A stretch of 58,916 nt of DNA, filler included, from Basidiobolus ranarum (taxonomy: Eukaryota), in assembly GCA_040143965.1 (NCBI GenBank). It is 6 parts of 6 records of this genome, joined end to end, with 100 filler letters (N's around TTAATTAATTAA, not from the genome) between each part and the next. Parts side by side here need not be neighbours in the genome. Positions count along the whole stretch, not along the records: positions 39,386 to 49,108 come from JASJQH010007665.1; positions 49,209 to 58,916 come from JASJQH010007666.1; 4 more parts are not named here. The stretch is one strand, 5' to 3'. The translations under genes were made by a program, and so were the position numbers. Below are positions 48,866 to 58,916 of this stretch, piece by piece. The notes beneath the pieces were generated by a model. It worked only from the letters and a program-made list of their open reading frames with translations. It was not told where the DNA came from and ran no database searches. The first letter of the stretch is position 1, and each line of letters starts with the position of its first letter.

Positions 48866-49108
48866 CTAGTAAACAACATCGAAATCATAAATACCTTCTT
48901 TATCAATGAGTTTAATGGAGAATTTGGGTAGGTTAACAATAAATCTCCGCTTAGGCTCTTCAATACGCTTTTGGATGAGAATATTAACTTCCTCAACACT
49001 TTGGTCAGAGCGATGGAAACGATCCATAATTGACATGAGATAAAATGCAGCATAGCCATGGGAAGCGAAGGGAACAGCAGTATATGCATCAAGATAATCA
49101 ATCCAATG
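48866..49108 (-). CDS. PRE1: 20S proteasome beta-4 subunit (PSMB2/PRE1), C-terminal fragment; possibly a degenerate paralog
   Basis: Manual translation: HWIDYLDAYTAVPFASHGYAAFYLMSIMDRFHRSDQSVEEVNILIQKRIEEPKRRFIVNLPKFSIKLIDKEGIYDFDVVY*. The 5' part is lost at the contig edge. Confidence 0.85.
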   Translation of the reverse strand, partial: HWIDYLDAYTAVPFASHGYAAFYLMSIMDRFHRSDQSVEEVNILIQKRIEEPKRRFIVNLPKFSIKLIDKEGIYDFDVVY

Positions 49109-49208
49109 NNNNNNNNNNNNNNNNNNNNNNNNNNNNNNNNNNNNNNNNNNNNTTAATTAATTAANNNNNNNNNNNNNNNNNNNNNNNNNNNNNNNNNNNN
49201 NNNNNNNN
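49109..49208. other. Assembly spacer
   Basis: N44-TTAATTAATTAA-N44. Confidence 0.98.
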
Positions 49209-51373
49209 ACTTGCTCAGCACCGACTTGATCGTTCCACTCTCTTCATTTGGCTACTCCGCGCCCAAGTTAAATAAAACCAGGCTTATAAAGTACTTTTCC
49301 TTGCATGGTTCATATGCACTTAAAATCATTACACCGAAATAGAGAAATTCACTGTCGTCAACTTCAGGGCATCTTAACTATAGCTAAGATATACACAGAA
49401 TGTGTTGTGTGTCAGAGGAAGGTTCGGTAATGTCAAAAACTCAAGGTTAATAACGTTTTTTAAAAATTGAAAAATTAGCAAGAATATTTAGAACAAGAAG
49501 CCTTATATCTGATATATAAGCGTTAAATCGTTTCATGTGGTTATCTCCCGAGTCATCACAGTAAAATTCTCTGAGAAATGGAATATTAAGACTTGGTAAA
49601 AGTAGGTAATTGGTATGAATCAGCACCTTACTTATCACACTTGAATATTCAAGCTATCCACGACTAATTTATTAACAAGACAATGGTTTTTGTGATAAAT
49701 AGGGATTTTAATATTTGTTACTGTTTGAAAATCGAGATTTCATCTTTCACTCATCTGCCGACATTCGACTAGTTAATCGATTAATTACGATAAAGATAAT
49801 CAAATACTCAATCATTTTGATCGAGATTGTATTATCATTCTTACTACCCAAATGGGATATTATGGTAACTGTATATATTTTGATTGTGATTGAAGTAGAA
49901 GCATCAATATTACGGAACACACACCATACTATTCAGTGGCGTTTAATTAGTAGTTACATTTGGTATTATTCTTGGTCTATTCACAAGTCTGAGAGATGTA
50001 ATTCAAACACGCTTGCGCTGGATGAGATCAGTGAGATAATGGATGCACCTCCCAGTTCTTCTCATGCTCTATAACCATAACGGTATCTGGAGCATTACTT
50101 CTTCCATATACCCTGTTATGTTGCTCATCTGGGAGAACTATATCCTACTGACCTCCACAAACTATATTTTCGCTCCCTTGCCTTCAGCTTACAATGCTTA
50201 TACATAGACATAACTTCCTGTATCTTTTTCTTACACTCCTCCCATAGTGACTTAACTTTGCCATTGATTATCACCGGTTGCAACCATTCTTTGATTGAAA
50301 AATATATTTAACCATTTGGTAATTATTTTACCAAGATTACTGACATAGAAGGGAACACCAAGGAGATAGAACTGAGAGGGGAAACTCTTCAAGAGTGGTA
50401 AGTTTCATCGAATCGCATTCGATATCATCGCGCAGAATCATCATTCTCTATCTCTCTTCAACATGGCCAGGATGAATTTACTATCTCAATTTTGAACGAA
50501 GGATTCGAAAAAATTTAAACCCATGATGTGAAAAGGTTGCGATATATATATATATAGAATGTTTCAGCTTTAAAAAACCTTCGTAAACCTCTGAAGTATT
50601 CTACTAAATATTCTACTGATGCTGCACTACTTCAGTCTGCTCCGAATGAAATATTCCGGATCAGTAAGTGTAGATGGCAGATGTTGTCTAGATCTTTATT
50701 TACTGAGTGAACATAGTACAGAATTTGGGTTGTGATTTGGCGTAATACTTTAGTCCTACAGTAGTAACACTGAAAAATCTGAAGAAGGTAAATGCGTTCA
50801 ACAGAAATACTCTTGGTTTAAAATAAATATAAGATCAGTAAATAATGTACACGCCACATAACCTACTTTGGCTCCTACTGTCGGTAAGTCGAAGTCTATA
50901 TCAGTTTCAGTATCATATTTAAAATAGAACAAACATGTACTATAAATGCCATCTCCTAATGAGATTGTAACTAGGCGCTTTCATGTGATTGAAATTGCTT
51001 CTCCTGATCAACAAGCATCGCAAATACTTGTTCAACAACCTAACCGGTTTCTGTGCTATTAAAAAGGATTTCACATGCATTTGAAGTTTGAATGCCAAAA
51101 TGTGATTTAGTTTAGGGTGAACTTGGCTGGTGGTAAAGGACTGGCAGGGACTACTTACGCAAAAGGTAATAGTGGATTGGGTAATTAAATGGATTTATTA
51201 ACGTTCCTAAGCGTGATCTACCATAACTAGAAATACCTTATGGGAAGAAAATGTGGGAGAGAAGCAACAATCTCTGGATTGAAGCACAAAAGGAGAACCA
51301 ATTGATATAAATATCTCTAACTGCTTTGCTGAATTCCTTACCAAAATATCATTCGATATCTTCTCTCTTTGCG

Positions 51374-52445
51374 ATGAAATTCAGCTCAGCCTTGTCCTTC
51401 CTCTCCGTGGCCATGTCTTTGGTGACTGCAGTACCTGTCGTTAAGCGTGGGGGATCTGAGGTTGAAGCAGCAACTAAAGATATGTTAGTCCGTCATGGTA
51501 ACTATGCCGCAGCTACTTACTGCTTGAAGCCACGAGTATTGAAGTGGGATTGCGGTAGCCGATGCGAGGGAGATGTCAAAATCACCTCATATTTTGAAGA
51601 TTTATTGAGTGGTCTCGCTGGTTATGTTGGTGTGAATCATAAGGAGAAGAAGATTATCGTGGCATTTAGAGGGTATGGTATTGGGTAACATCCTCTATCG
51701 GCAATTGTGTTAATGAGTTTTTTTCTATATTAGGACATCAAATATTCGTAACTGGATTCACGATTTTGATTTCCTGCCTTTAGACTTTGTGTACCCCGAT
51801 TCTGACAAGGATACAATAGTTCATGGGGGATTTTTGAAGGCTTTCCATAGTGTGTCCGAAGACGTTATTTCAGGGCTCAAACAAGCAATCGATCAGCTGC
51901 CGACTAGTCCTGAAGATTATGAGCTATTAGTAACTGGACACTCACTTGTATGCCACTTATTCTGCTCCTAGTTATTATTTATGCTAACAGTTTGTACGAT
52001 GTAGGGTGGTGCTGTTGCAGTTCTAGGTGCCATGGAGATCAAGAATCATCTCTTGAACCCTAAGAGCCCTCGTTTTATCACTGTGCCAACCAAAACAATC
52101 AACCCATCCAAAATTCTCGTTCATACTTTTGGACAGCCTAGAGTTGGAAATCAAAATTTTGCGAAGTTAGCGTACAAGACGCTTTCCAACTCTACTATAA
52201 GCAACAACTTGATTCGTGTTACATCAAAGAACGATCCTGTACCTCATCTTCCACCAGACTCCTTTGGATTTATTCATTCCCCACATGAGGTATATATTCA
52301 TTGGTTGACTGGAAAGACTGTTAGTTGCAACGATGGATCCAGCACCACAATTGGCGAAGATAAGGACTGCATCCGCTCTTACTTGCCTGTTGATGTCATT
52401 TCCCATATGACTTACTGGGATCTTAGGTTTGGCCCTTGGTGTTGA
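51374..52445 (+). CDS. Secreted class-3 triacylglycerol lipase; 3 exons
   Basis: Signal peptide MKFSSALSFLSVAMSLVTA; IIVAFRG|T, VHGGF, VTGHSL|GGA (nucleophile elbow), TFGQPRVGN, DPVPHLPP and SHMTY. Confidence 0.93.
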
Positions 52446-54967
52446 GATAGTCTGAAAATCTTCATAATAAATTAAGCCTTAAGAAAGGCTTCACCATTGA
52501 ATTTTTGAATCAATCATGAAAGGTACATATAACAATAGCCTTGCAGGCAAGCAGCTCGGATAGTATCCCAAATCTTGTAAGCACGAACATCAACAAATAA
52601 TATGTTGTGTGAATAACATGACACTTGGAGGAATGATCATCAACGGTATTCAAAGCATTGTCTGGTATCACAGATGTCTGATGATTCATTGAATAAATTA
52701 TCGTGTATCTCCTTGGCCTTAGCGGGAATATACTTCATATGGGACGTTACACGGAGTGATTCTATATTAAGTTAAACACATTCCAAAACCATCAAGCTTT
52801 AAAGACTCTATCGATGCATAACAGCAACTAGTTCGTTATCATTTTTGTGATATAAATTAGGAGCTAAGTTTCTAATTACCGGATGAGAATACATTTGCGC
52901 GAAAAATTTTACTGTCAAATCATGTTTTAAAACCAATTTATGCTCATACCTTCAATTGGGAAAAGTCTACTTGTAAAGATGGAATCATTTCTACCCCAAT
53001 ACACTCACCAACATGTATTTGGAGGGTATGTTTAGCTCCTTCCTGAAATAAGCAGGAACATAATCATCATATCCACCTTTTGCTTCACCTGATTTCAGAT
53101 ATCATAAAGCATATTTGATAGTGCATTCAAAACGAATTCTATACTTTTATATAATCTGATTATTTCATGAATGTAGGCAAAGTAAAGCAATCAATTGTTA
53201 TGGAAAACGATCGCATTGGGCATGTCCACTTTCTAATTTAGTATGATCCTAATATTCTAGAATAAAATGGAATCTAATATGAAGACAGTGATATGCGATA
53301 ATGATCGTAATTTGGTAATTCTCGGTGGATTTGTATAGTCGTTAAGATCAATTCAGATGAAAGTTGCAGATGAGACAAAACTCATTATTGGGATTCTTTG
53401 TTTACTGAAAACTAATCTCATACTGAGTACATCAATCATGATTCAGATCGATGTTGATTTCTGATAAACGCTGGTTTTATATGGCGAATTCCCATATTTG
53501 GCTCAATAGAATTAGAAGCAACGTTGACCATAGAGGGGAAAGATAGTGACCTTAATTCTGTTGATTAACTGGCTACGTCCAATTCTGTTTCCAATTGAAC
53601 CCAAAATGTCTCAGAAAATAGGGCCACGGTTAGTTAGTTACATTCCTCAATATCGTCATCTTAATGGTAACTGCCACTGAAACTTTTCGATTCCAAATAT
53701 GGGGATTATTTCTTAGGCTTTTAGTTAAACCGGAGGACTGAGGAAACTTAGAGGCAATACTTATCATTACACTATGGCTATAGCTAAATGTACTTACTGA
53801 ACCGATGCTCCTTACTAGCAACTGATCTCCCAGAACATAAAATGGATGAACGATACCTGTATCTGACCCGAAAATACTCGCGGTGCTAAGGGTAGCTAAC
53901 TTCAAGTGCCTCCATCATTATCATCCACCTGTATCATACACAGTTCAATTTGCACTAATGATTAAATGTTCCCTTCTTGCTATACTAGTATGTATATTCA
54001 ACAGACTCAAACCGAGAATATAACAGGCTAGTTTATGTCATATCCCAGTGATCTATGACTTGCTAGCCTTATTTACTTCAATTCAGCATGTCAGATATTT
54101 TGTAACTCTTTCGCTGAGCTGTTTGATTGAGAAATTTCCTGAACTAAACAAATATACGTTTCTTACCGATCATACCACGTCCTAGATGGTATCTGTCTTG
54201 TGGATATTTCATTGGCTTGCATGTTATGAAACCACCTCAATCCCTCTGTAATGGTTGTTAGACTAAAACCCTGCCTAGACAACCAAACACTGATGGATGA
54301 TTTGCCGCATAAGATGACATGATGAATACGCTGCTTGGACCAAGTTAAGGAAATGCCAAAAAGATACGATTGAAGAGATGATTGCTGGACTAGTTACTGC
54401 ATTCGGAGTCATAACGAACTGATAGGATTAAAAATATTTTACTTCAACCCAATCAGGATTGAAGCGTGAGAATGATCATCTGCTTAGCTCAAGTATGAGT
54501 GAAAAGTGGAACAATAGTTATGCGCGGGATTCATAACTTGGATTTTCCCAAGCCAATACCATACCGTTGGAGCAAGGAATGTTGTTAAAATAAGTGCATG
54601 TGATAGAAAGTGAAAGAAAGTTTTAATGGACGTAAATAGCCGGAAGGTAATGGTATACTTAACTCTATCGGAGTTATTTAAGCCAAAATCATTCTCTCCA
54701 ACAACGGCACCACACAGTAGTAGGATGATGTGAGGCATGAAATGGTTGCCAGTAAAACTAGGATAGGGTCCCAGATGATATCTATACTAATCATATCCAT
54801 CTCGAGTTTCAGACTACTGCTAACTCTCATAATAGGCGGAGTAGATTCGATTTAGAAGCGACCAGTATATACTCTGTTGTCTAGATAAAGTAAAATATAA
54901 GCTCCTACCATGGGCTAAAGGCACTATAAAACCGACGTATATCCGTTCAAGTCAGTCAAATTATATA

Positions 54968-56689
54968 ATGGCTGTTGAACGTAACTCACCTTCAACGTCC
55001 ATTGAACTTGAACAGGGTGCATACGGTGGTTTATTTTATCCTACTCATCGCGCCTTATTGAACATTCCATATGCTCAGGTTTGTTGCTTACTTTCTAGCA
55101 CTGTAGTAAAATCTTCATAAGTTGACTGGAATGCAATATCAAGGCACCAGTTGGTAATTTGAGATGGAGGAAGCCTCAAAAGCTATGCCCTAATCTTGAT
55201 AAGATCTATGACGCGACCAGGGTGGGGTAAGTCCTAATTTTTTGCTCTTTCGATAAGTAAAGCAGACTATATACAGAAGATATGTGATTCAATATCATCG
55301 AAGTCCACGTTGCCCTCAACTGATAATGGCTGCAGAATTTTTACCCGGACTAACCATACCAGGGGAGCAAAATGAACTTAATTGTCTAAATCTAAATATT
55401 TGGGCACTCTGGTAGAAAACCGAGGGACGGTTGGCCAATAATTGTTAGTGTGGATATGGGAATAAATAATTGGCATGACAAGACTTACTAATATTGTTTC
55501 TCACTGCAGGTTTGGTTACATGGGGGCGGTTATCAAATAGGCGCCAATTCATCACCAGTTTACGGTGAGTTATAGTTAACAATACTACAATAATAGAACT
55601 ATTCCTTACGACTTCCCTCCTCCTTGCAGGTGGTACTAGCTTAACAAAGAGTTATCTATTGTGATTACTATAAACGATCGACTCAATATATTTGACTTTT
55701 TGGCGAGCTCATATATAAACTCGGAAGATGGAAGTGCAGGAGATTATGAACTTTTGAATCAAAGATTGGCATTTGAATGGGTACTAAGCAATTATAAAAC
55801 CATAAATGCTTAAATTTAAGTTTAACTCAATGAATTGCCTCCGGTGAAAGAGAATATTTCCCACTTTGGTGACGACAACACTCGTACCTGTGCATTTGGC
55901 GGTTCAGCCGGATCTATTAGTATCGCTCACCATCTCGTTACTTCGAGAGGGTTGTTTCATCGTGCTATTCTTGAAACAGGCGGTGCTGACACTCTACCGC
56001 CCTCTTCTATTGATATACAGCAAGAGTGTTTTGATGAGTTATGTGAACTCCTGAGTGTTAGTGGAGACGATAAGGTTGCGCAGCTTCGTGAAATATCTAG
56101 CGAGAGGCTTGTGGAAGTCATGACCAAAATGTCAGAAAGTAAATTCTTATGGAGGGGAGCCATTGATGGTGTCATTATTAAGTAAAGCCCTAGACTTTTA
56201 TATCAAAATCCCAAGAATATTGACTCACTAGTAAAAGAGATTATCATTGGAGGGAATACTACTGATGCATTTTTTTTCGAATTTGCTTCCGGGGAAAGAC
56301 ATTTCAGGGCAAGTCTTAAGGTTAGTTTTCTACCGCATGCTAGTGCGATAAGACAGCTCTATCTGTGTGATACATCTAGTACGTCGGATGTTTTAGCTAG
56401 GGTTTATAGCGAGCAATTATTCTCCGGCCCTATTCGGGAAACTGCTCGTGCACTAGCTTACAACAAAGATCCCACTACTCCAGAGGAGGAGTAAAGAGTG
56501 TCAGAGAAGATGAGTCAATTTTGGGTGAACTTTGTTAGCAACGGAACAACTAGTGAGCAGTGGGAAACTTTTCAAACACAATCAGAATCTAATTTGGTTT
56601 TTGGACCAACATGCTTCGTCAAAAGCGAGATCGAGATAAACGGTTACTTTTCTGGAAATCTCTCAGTGAGACATCTTGAGAGGAATTGA
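54968..56689 (+). pseudogene. Carboxylesterase type-B pseudogene
   Basis: NIPYAQ|APVGNLRW, ELNCLNLNIW, VWLHGGG, INDRLNIFDFL, NQRLAFEW|VKENISHFG, FGGSAGS and FWVNF motifs. Frameshift/stop near 55412, in-frame TAA at 56183 and a damaged splice acceptor at ~55843. Confidence 0.88.
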
Positions 56690-57200
56690 CTGTTGCAAAT
56701 ACACACTAGTTCATCCTACATCTACTCTGGGATCTCAGAGGTAGAATCGAATCTTATAAATAAATAATCATGTAATCATTACTTTTTGAATGAATTATTT
56801 TTTATCTTACGTTACTATAATACCAGTGGAAGCGTTCATTGAAACTAAGATGACTGGTATTTGTATGTTCATGGTATTGAAAATTATGGGTCATGGGTAT
56901 ATACCTGCATTGGCATGATGCGTAGTGATTTACTAGGCATTAATTTCCTCGACTGGTCAAAAGATACTGCCTACAAGTACCACCAAATAAAAACCGTTAA
57001 CACAGGCTATCTTAGTAATTTGATTGACATCATCACCCAGCACAGGATATTATTAAGGCTAAATATTCTTAATAGCATCAAATTCCTCTATGTGGAACTA
57101 CTCAGGCTTCAAGGTTATTTATTGAAGGCTAGTTAAAGAGGTATTTTGATTACTAATGGATTGATGTAAGACAATAAAGCTATGTCATAATGGCCAGAAT

Positions 57201-58916
57201 TTAACAAAGGGAAATACCCTTCGCATCATAAGGGCAATTCCAAGTGACTACATGATCAGCAACACCCCCAATTTGAAGACCTGCTTTACAGACACCTGCT
57301 ATGCCAACACCGGCTATCCAGCCCGCAGCCAAAACTGTTCGGTAGCGCTCATAATTTCCCTGGTTGAAACGTTTCCAAACCAGGCTTAAAAGTAGTGAGA
57401 GGCACATCGCCAGTGGGATAGCTGGCTGAGGTGTAATAAATGCGATTCCAACTGCATTGAAATTGGGTATGATCCATTTGTACTTCTCTGGAATATATTT
57501 GTGGCGAATGGTTACCGTAGCGATGGAAAAAATGGCACACACTAATGTGAATATTAATGAACCAGCAGGTATGAAAGCGTTAGTGGTTAGAATCTTAGTG
57601 ATATTTTCCCAACCCAGTGCTGCAGACATCCCGAATTCGCATTGCTCCATGGGATGGATGATACAGGGATAGGCTTTAGCATACAAGACAAAAAGAGAAA
57701 CAGAGGCACCCACAGCAAAAAAGGAACCCACTAATTGTGCAAGAAATTGTGATCTAGGAGATGCTCCCACAATATGACCCGCTTTAAGATCTTGCACCAT
57801 ATCGACAGATTGATTTGCGGCGGATGAGGTAACACACGCAGATAAAAGATCTGAACGTTGCAAATCTTGGAGTGTTGGAGCAGGCATCCTACAGAATGCA
57901 AGTTGAACCACCTTTGCCAACGTACTAACTGGATTGATATCAGTTTCCCCAGCACACTGAACTCCAATTATAGATAATGGGAAAGCCATTATGATTGCTA
58001 ACAAAGACTGATACACCGGAATATGAAACCAGAAACCCATAACGCAGCAAGTTAGAACGATTGAAACCATTAAACCACTAGCCCACCATAATGTGGGGAT
58101 TTGCTTTTCTGGTGGTACTGGATCTAAATTGTGCCCAAAGGTAGTGTCTTTTTCCTGCTTTTTGACTTGATTCTCTCCCGTACAGTCAACACATGGTTTA
58201 GGGTTCAATCGGCACCGAATCTCCTTGACTCGAAACATCAGTAGCTTAAACCCATCTACCATGGTATTCTTGAAAGATCTCCAGTGAATGGCCAATTCAG
58301 TGAGCGATGTAAACAACATCAAGGAGATTCCTGGCCAAATGAACCAAGCCTGAGCGGAACCATTACCTGGCTTACCAAACCCATATGCAGCTACAAGATA
58401 TCCAGATTCCACCATCAATGGCCCAGCAATGCCATAAGCAACAAGGGCCCCTAGTAGAAAGGAAGCTAGTGTATGTGGTGGAGTCATCAAACCAGCACCA
58501 AAAAAGGCAAAATTTGGCTCTAATTGCCATCTCCAAACTCTATCTGCATTCATCAAACTCATATTTCCTAGCGCTGAGCCAATCCAAAAAAGTGCATGCA
58601 CTTTATCCAGGAAATACAACCAGTAGGAGAGAAGAACCACGACAAAAGATATTATAAAACCGGAAGCCATCACTTTGGTTTTCTTCATAGCATCTTTCTC
58701 ACCAGTCAATGTTTCATGCAGAGCTTTGATGGATTCAGCAGTAGCTCGAGGGCTTGGAAAAGGTAGATCCTGTTGAAGTACGAAGTACTTTCGTAACGGA
58801 ACCGCAAAAAACATCCCATAAAAAGCGGCACAGAATGACCACATGAGTAAGGCACCAATATCATCGATAACCTCATTAGACATTAAACCCAAACGATAAA
58901 GAGCCGGAATACAAGT
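57201..58916 (-). CDS. OPT-superfamily oligopeptide transporter (YSL-like branch), 5' part outside window
   Basis: FFAVPLRKYFV..DLPFPSPRATA, QCAGETDINPV, DMVQDLKAGH..GASPRSQFLAQLVGS; many TM helices. Confidence 0.92.
   Translation of the reverse strand, partial: TCIPALYRLGLMSNEVIDDIGALLMWSFCAAFYGMFFAVPLRKYFVLQQDLPFPSPRATAESIKALHETLTGEKDAMKKTKVMASGFIISFVVVLLSYWLYFLDKVHALFWIGSALGNMSLMNADRVWRWQLEPNFAFFGAGLMTPPHTLASFLLGALVAYGIAGPLMVESGYLVAAYGFGKPGNGSAQAWFIWPGISLMLFTSLTELAIHWRSFKNTMVDGFKLLMFRVKEIRCRLNPKPCVDCTGENQVKKQEKDTTFGHNLDPVPPEKQIPTLWWASGLMVSIVLTCCVMGFWFHIPVYQSLLAIIMAFPLSIIGVQCAGETDINPVSTLAKVVQLAFCRMPAPTLQDLQRSDLLSACVTSSAANQSVDMVQDLKAGHIVGASPRSQFLAQLVGSFFAVGASVSLFVLYAKAYPCIIHPMEQCEFGMSAALGWENITKILTTNAFIPAGSLIFTLVCAIFSIATVTIRHKYIPEKYKWIIPNFNAVGIAFITPQPAIPLAMCLSLLLSLVWKRFNQGNYERYRTVLAAGWIAGVGIAGVCKAGLQIGGVADHVVTWNCPYDAKGISLC

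Noticed and set aside
50050..50330. LINE-like linker fragment on minus strand (SLWEECKKKIQEV)
   Set aside because: Single loose motif with no endonuclease or RT signature nearby.
53600..54760. Short minus-strand ORFs that might be a pseudogene
   Set aside because: Could not assign any family or consistent frame.

Overview
Eukaryotic, AT-rich DNA with short GT-AG introns. Gene content points to an early-diverging fungus (Zoopagomycota/Mucoromycota-like; inference only). Five identical 100-bp spacers (N44-TTAATTAATTAA-N44) split the window into six pieces of steadily falling length (9765, 9747, 9741, 9732, 9723, 9708 bp). It is therefore almost certainly a length-sorted concatenation of unplaced contigs, and adjacency across gaps is meaningless. 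Genes: a secreted Yellow/MRJP protein, three SLC25 mitochondrial carriers (SAM-carrier-like, SAL1-like, NDT1-like), IMP2, an RluA/RPUSD1-like pseudouridine synthase, a DCR2-type metallophosphoesterase with two MABP-like beta-prism modules, a tandem array of intronless F-box-like/LRR genes and pseudogenes, a Mid2/SKG6-like repeat-rich membrane protein, RRP9, a proteasome beta-4 (PRE1) 3' fragment, a class-3 lipase and an OPT transporter. There are also FAX/metaxin-like and carboxylesterase pseudogenes. Repeats: a ~330-bp TG...CA LTR family (solo copies with near-perfect 5-bp TSDs, plus copies stacked at one internal site), head-to-tail TTAGGG-capped units at a contig end, and decayed transposon remnants. 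No CRISPR array, rRNA or tRNA was recognised. The best novelty candidates are the telomere-repeat-capped units, LTR self-stacking, the F-box/LRR array and the MABP-phosphoesterase. None can be confirmed as a new system from sequence alone.
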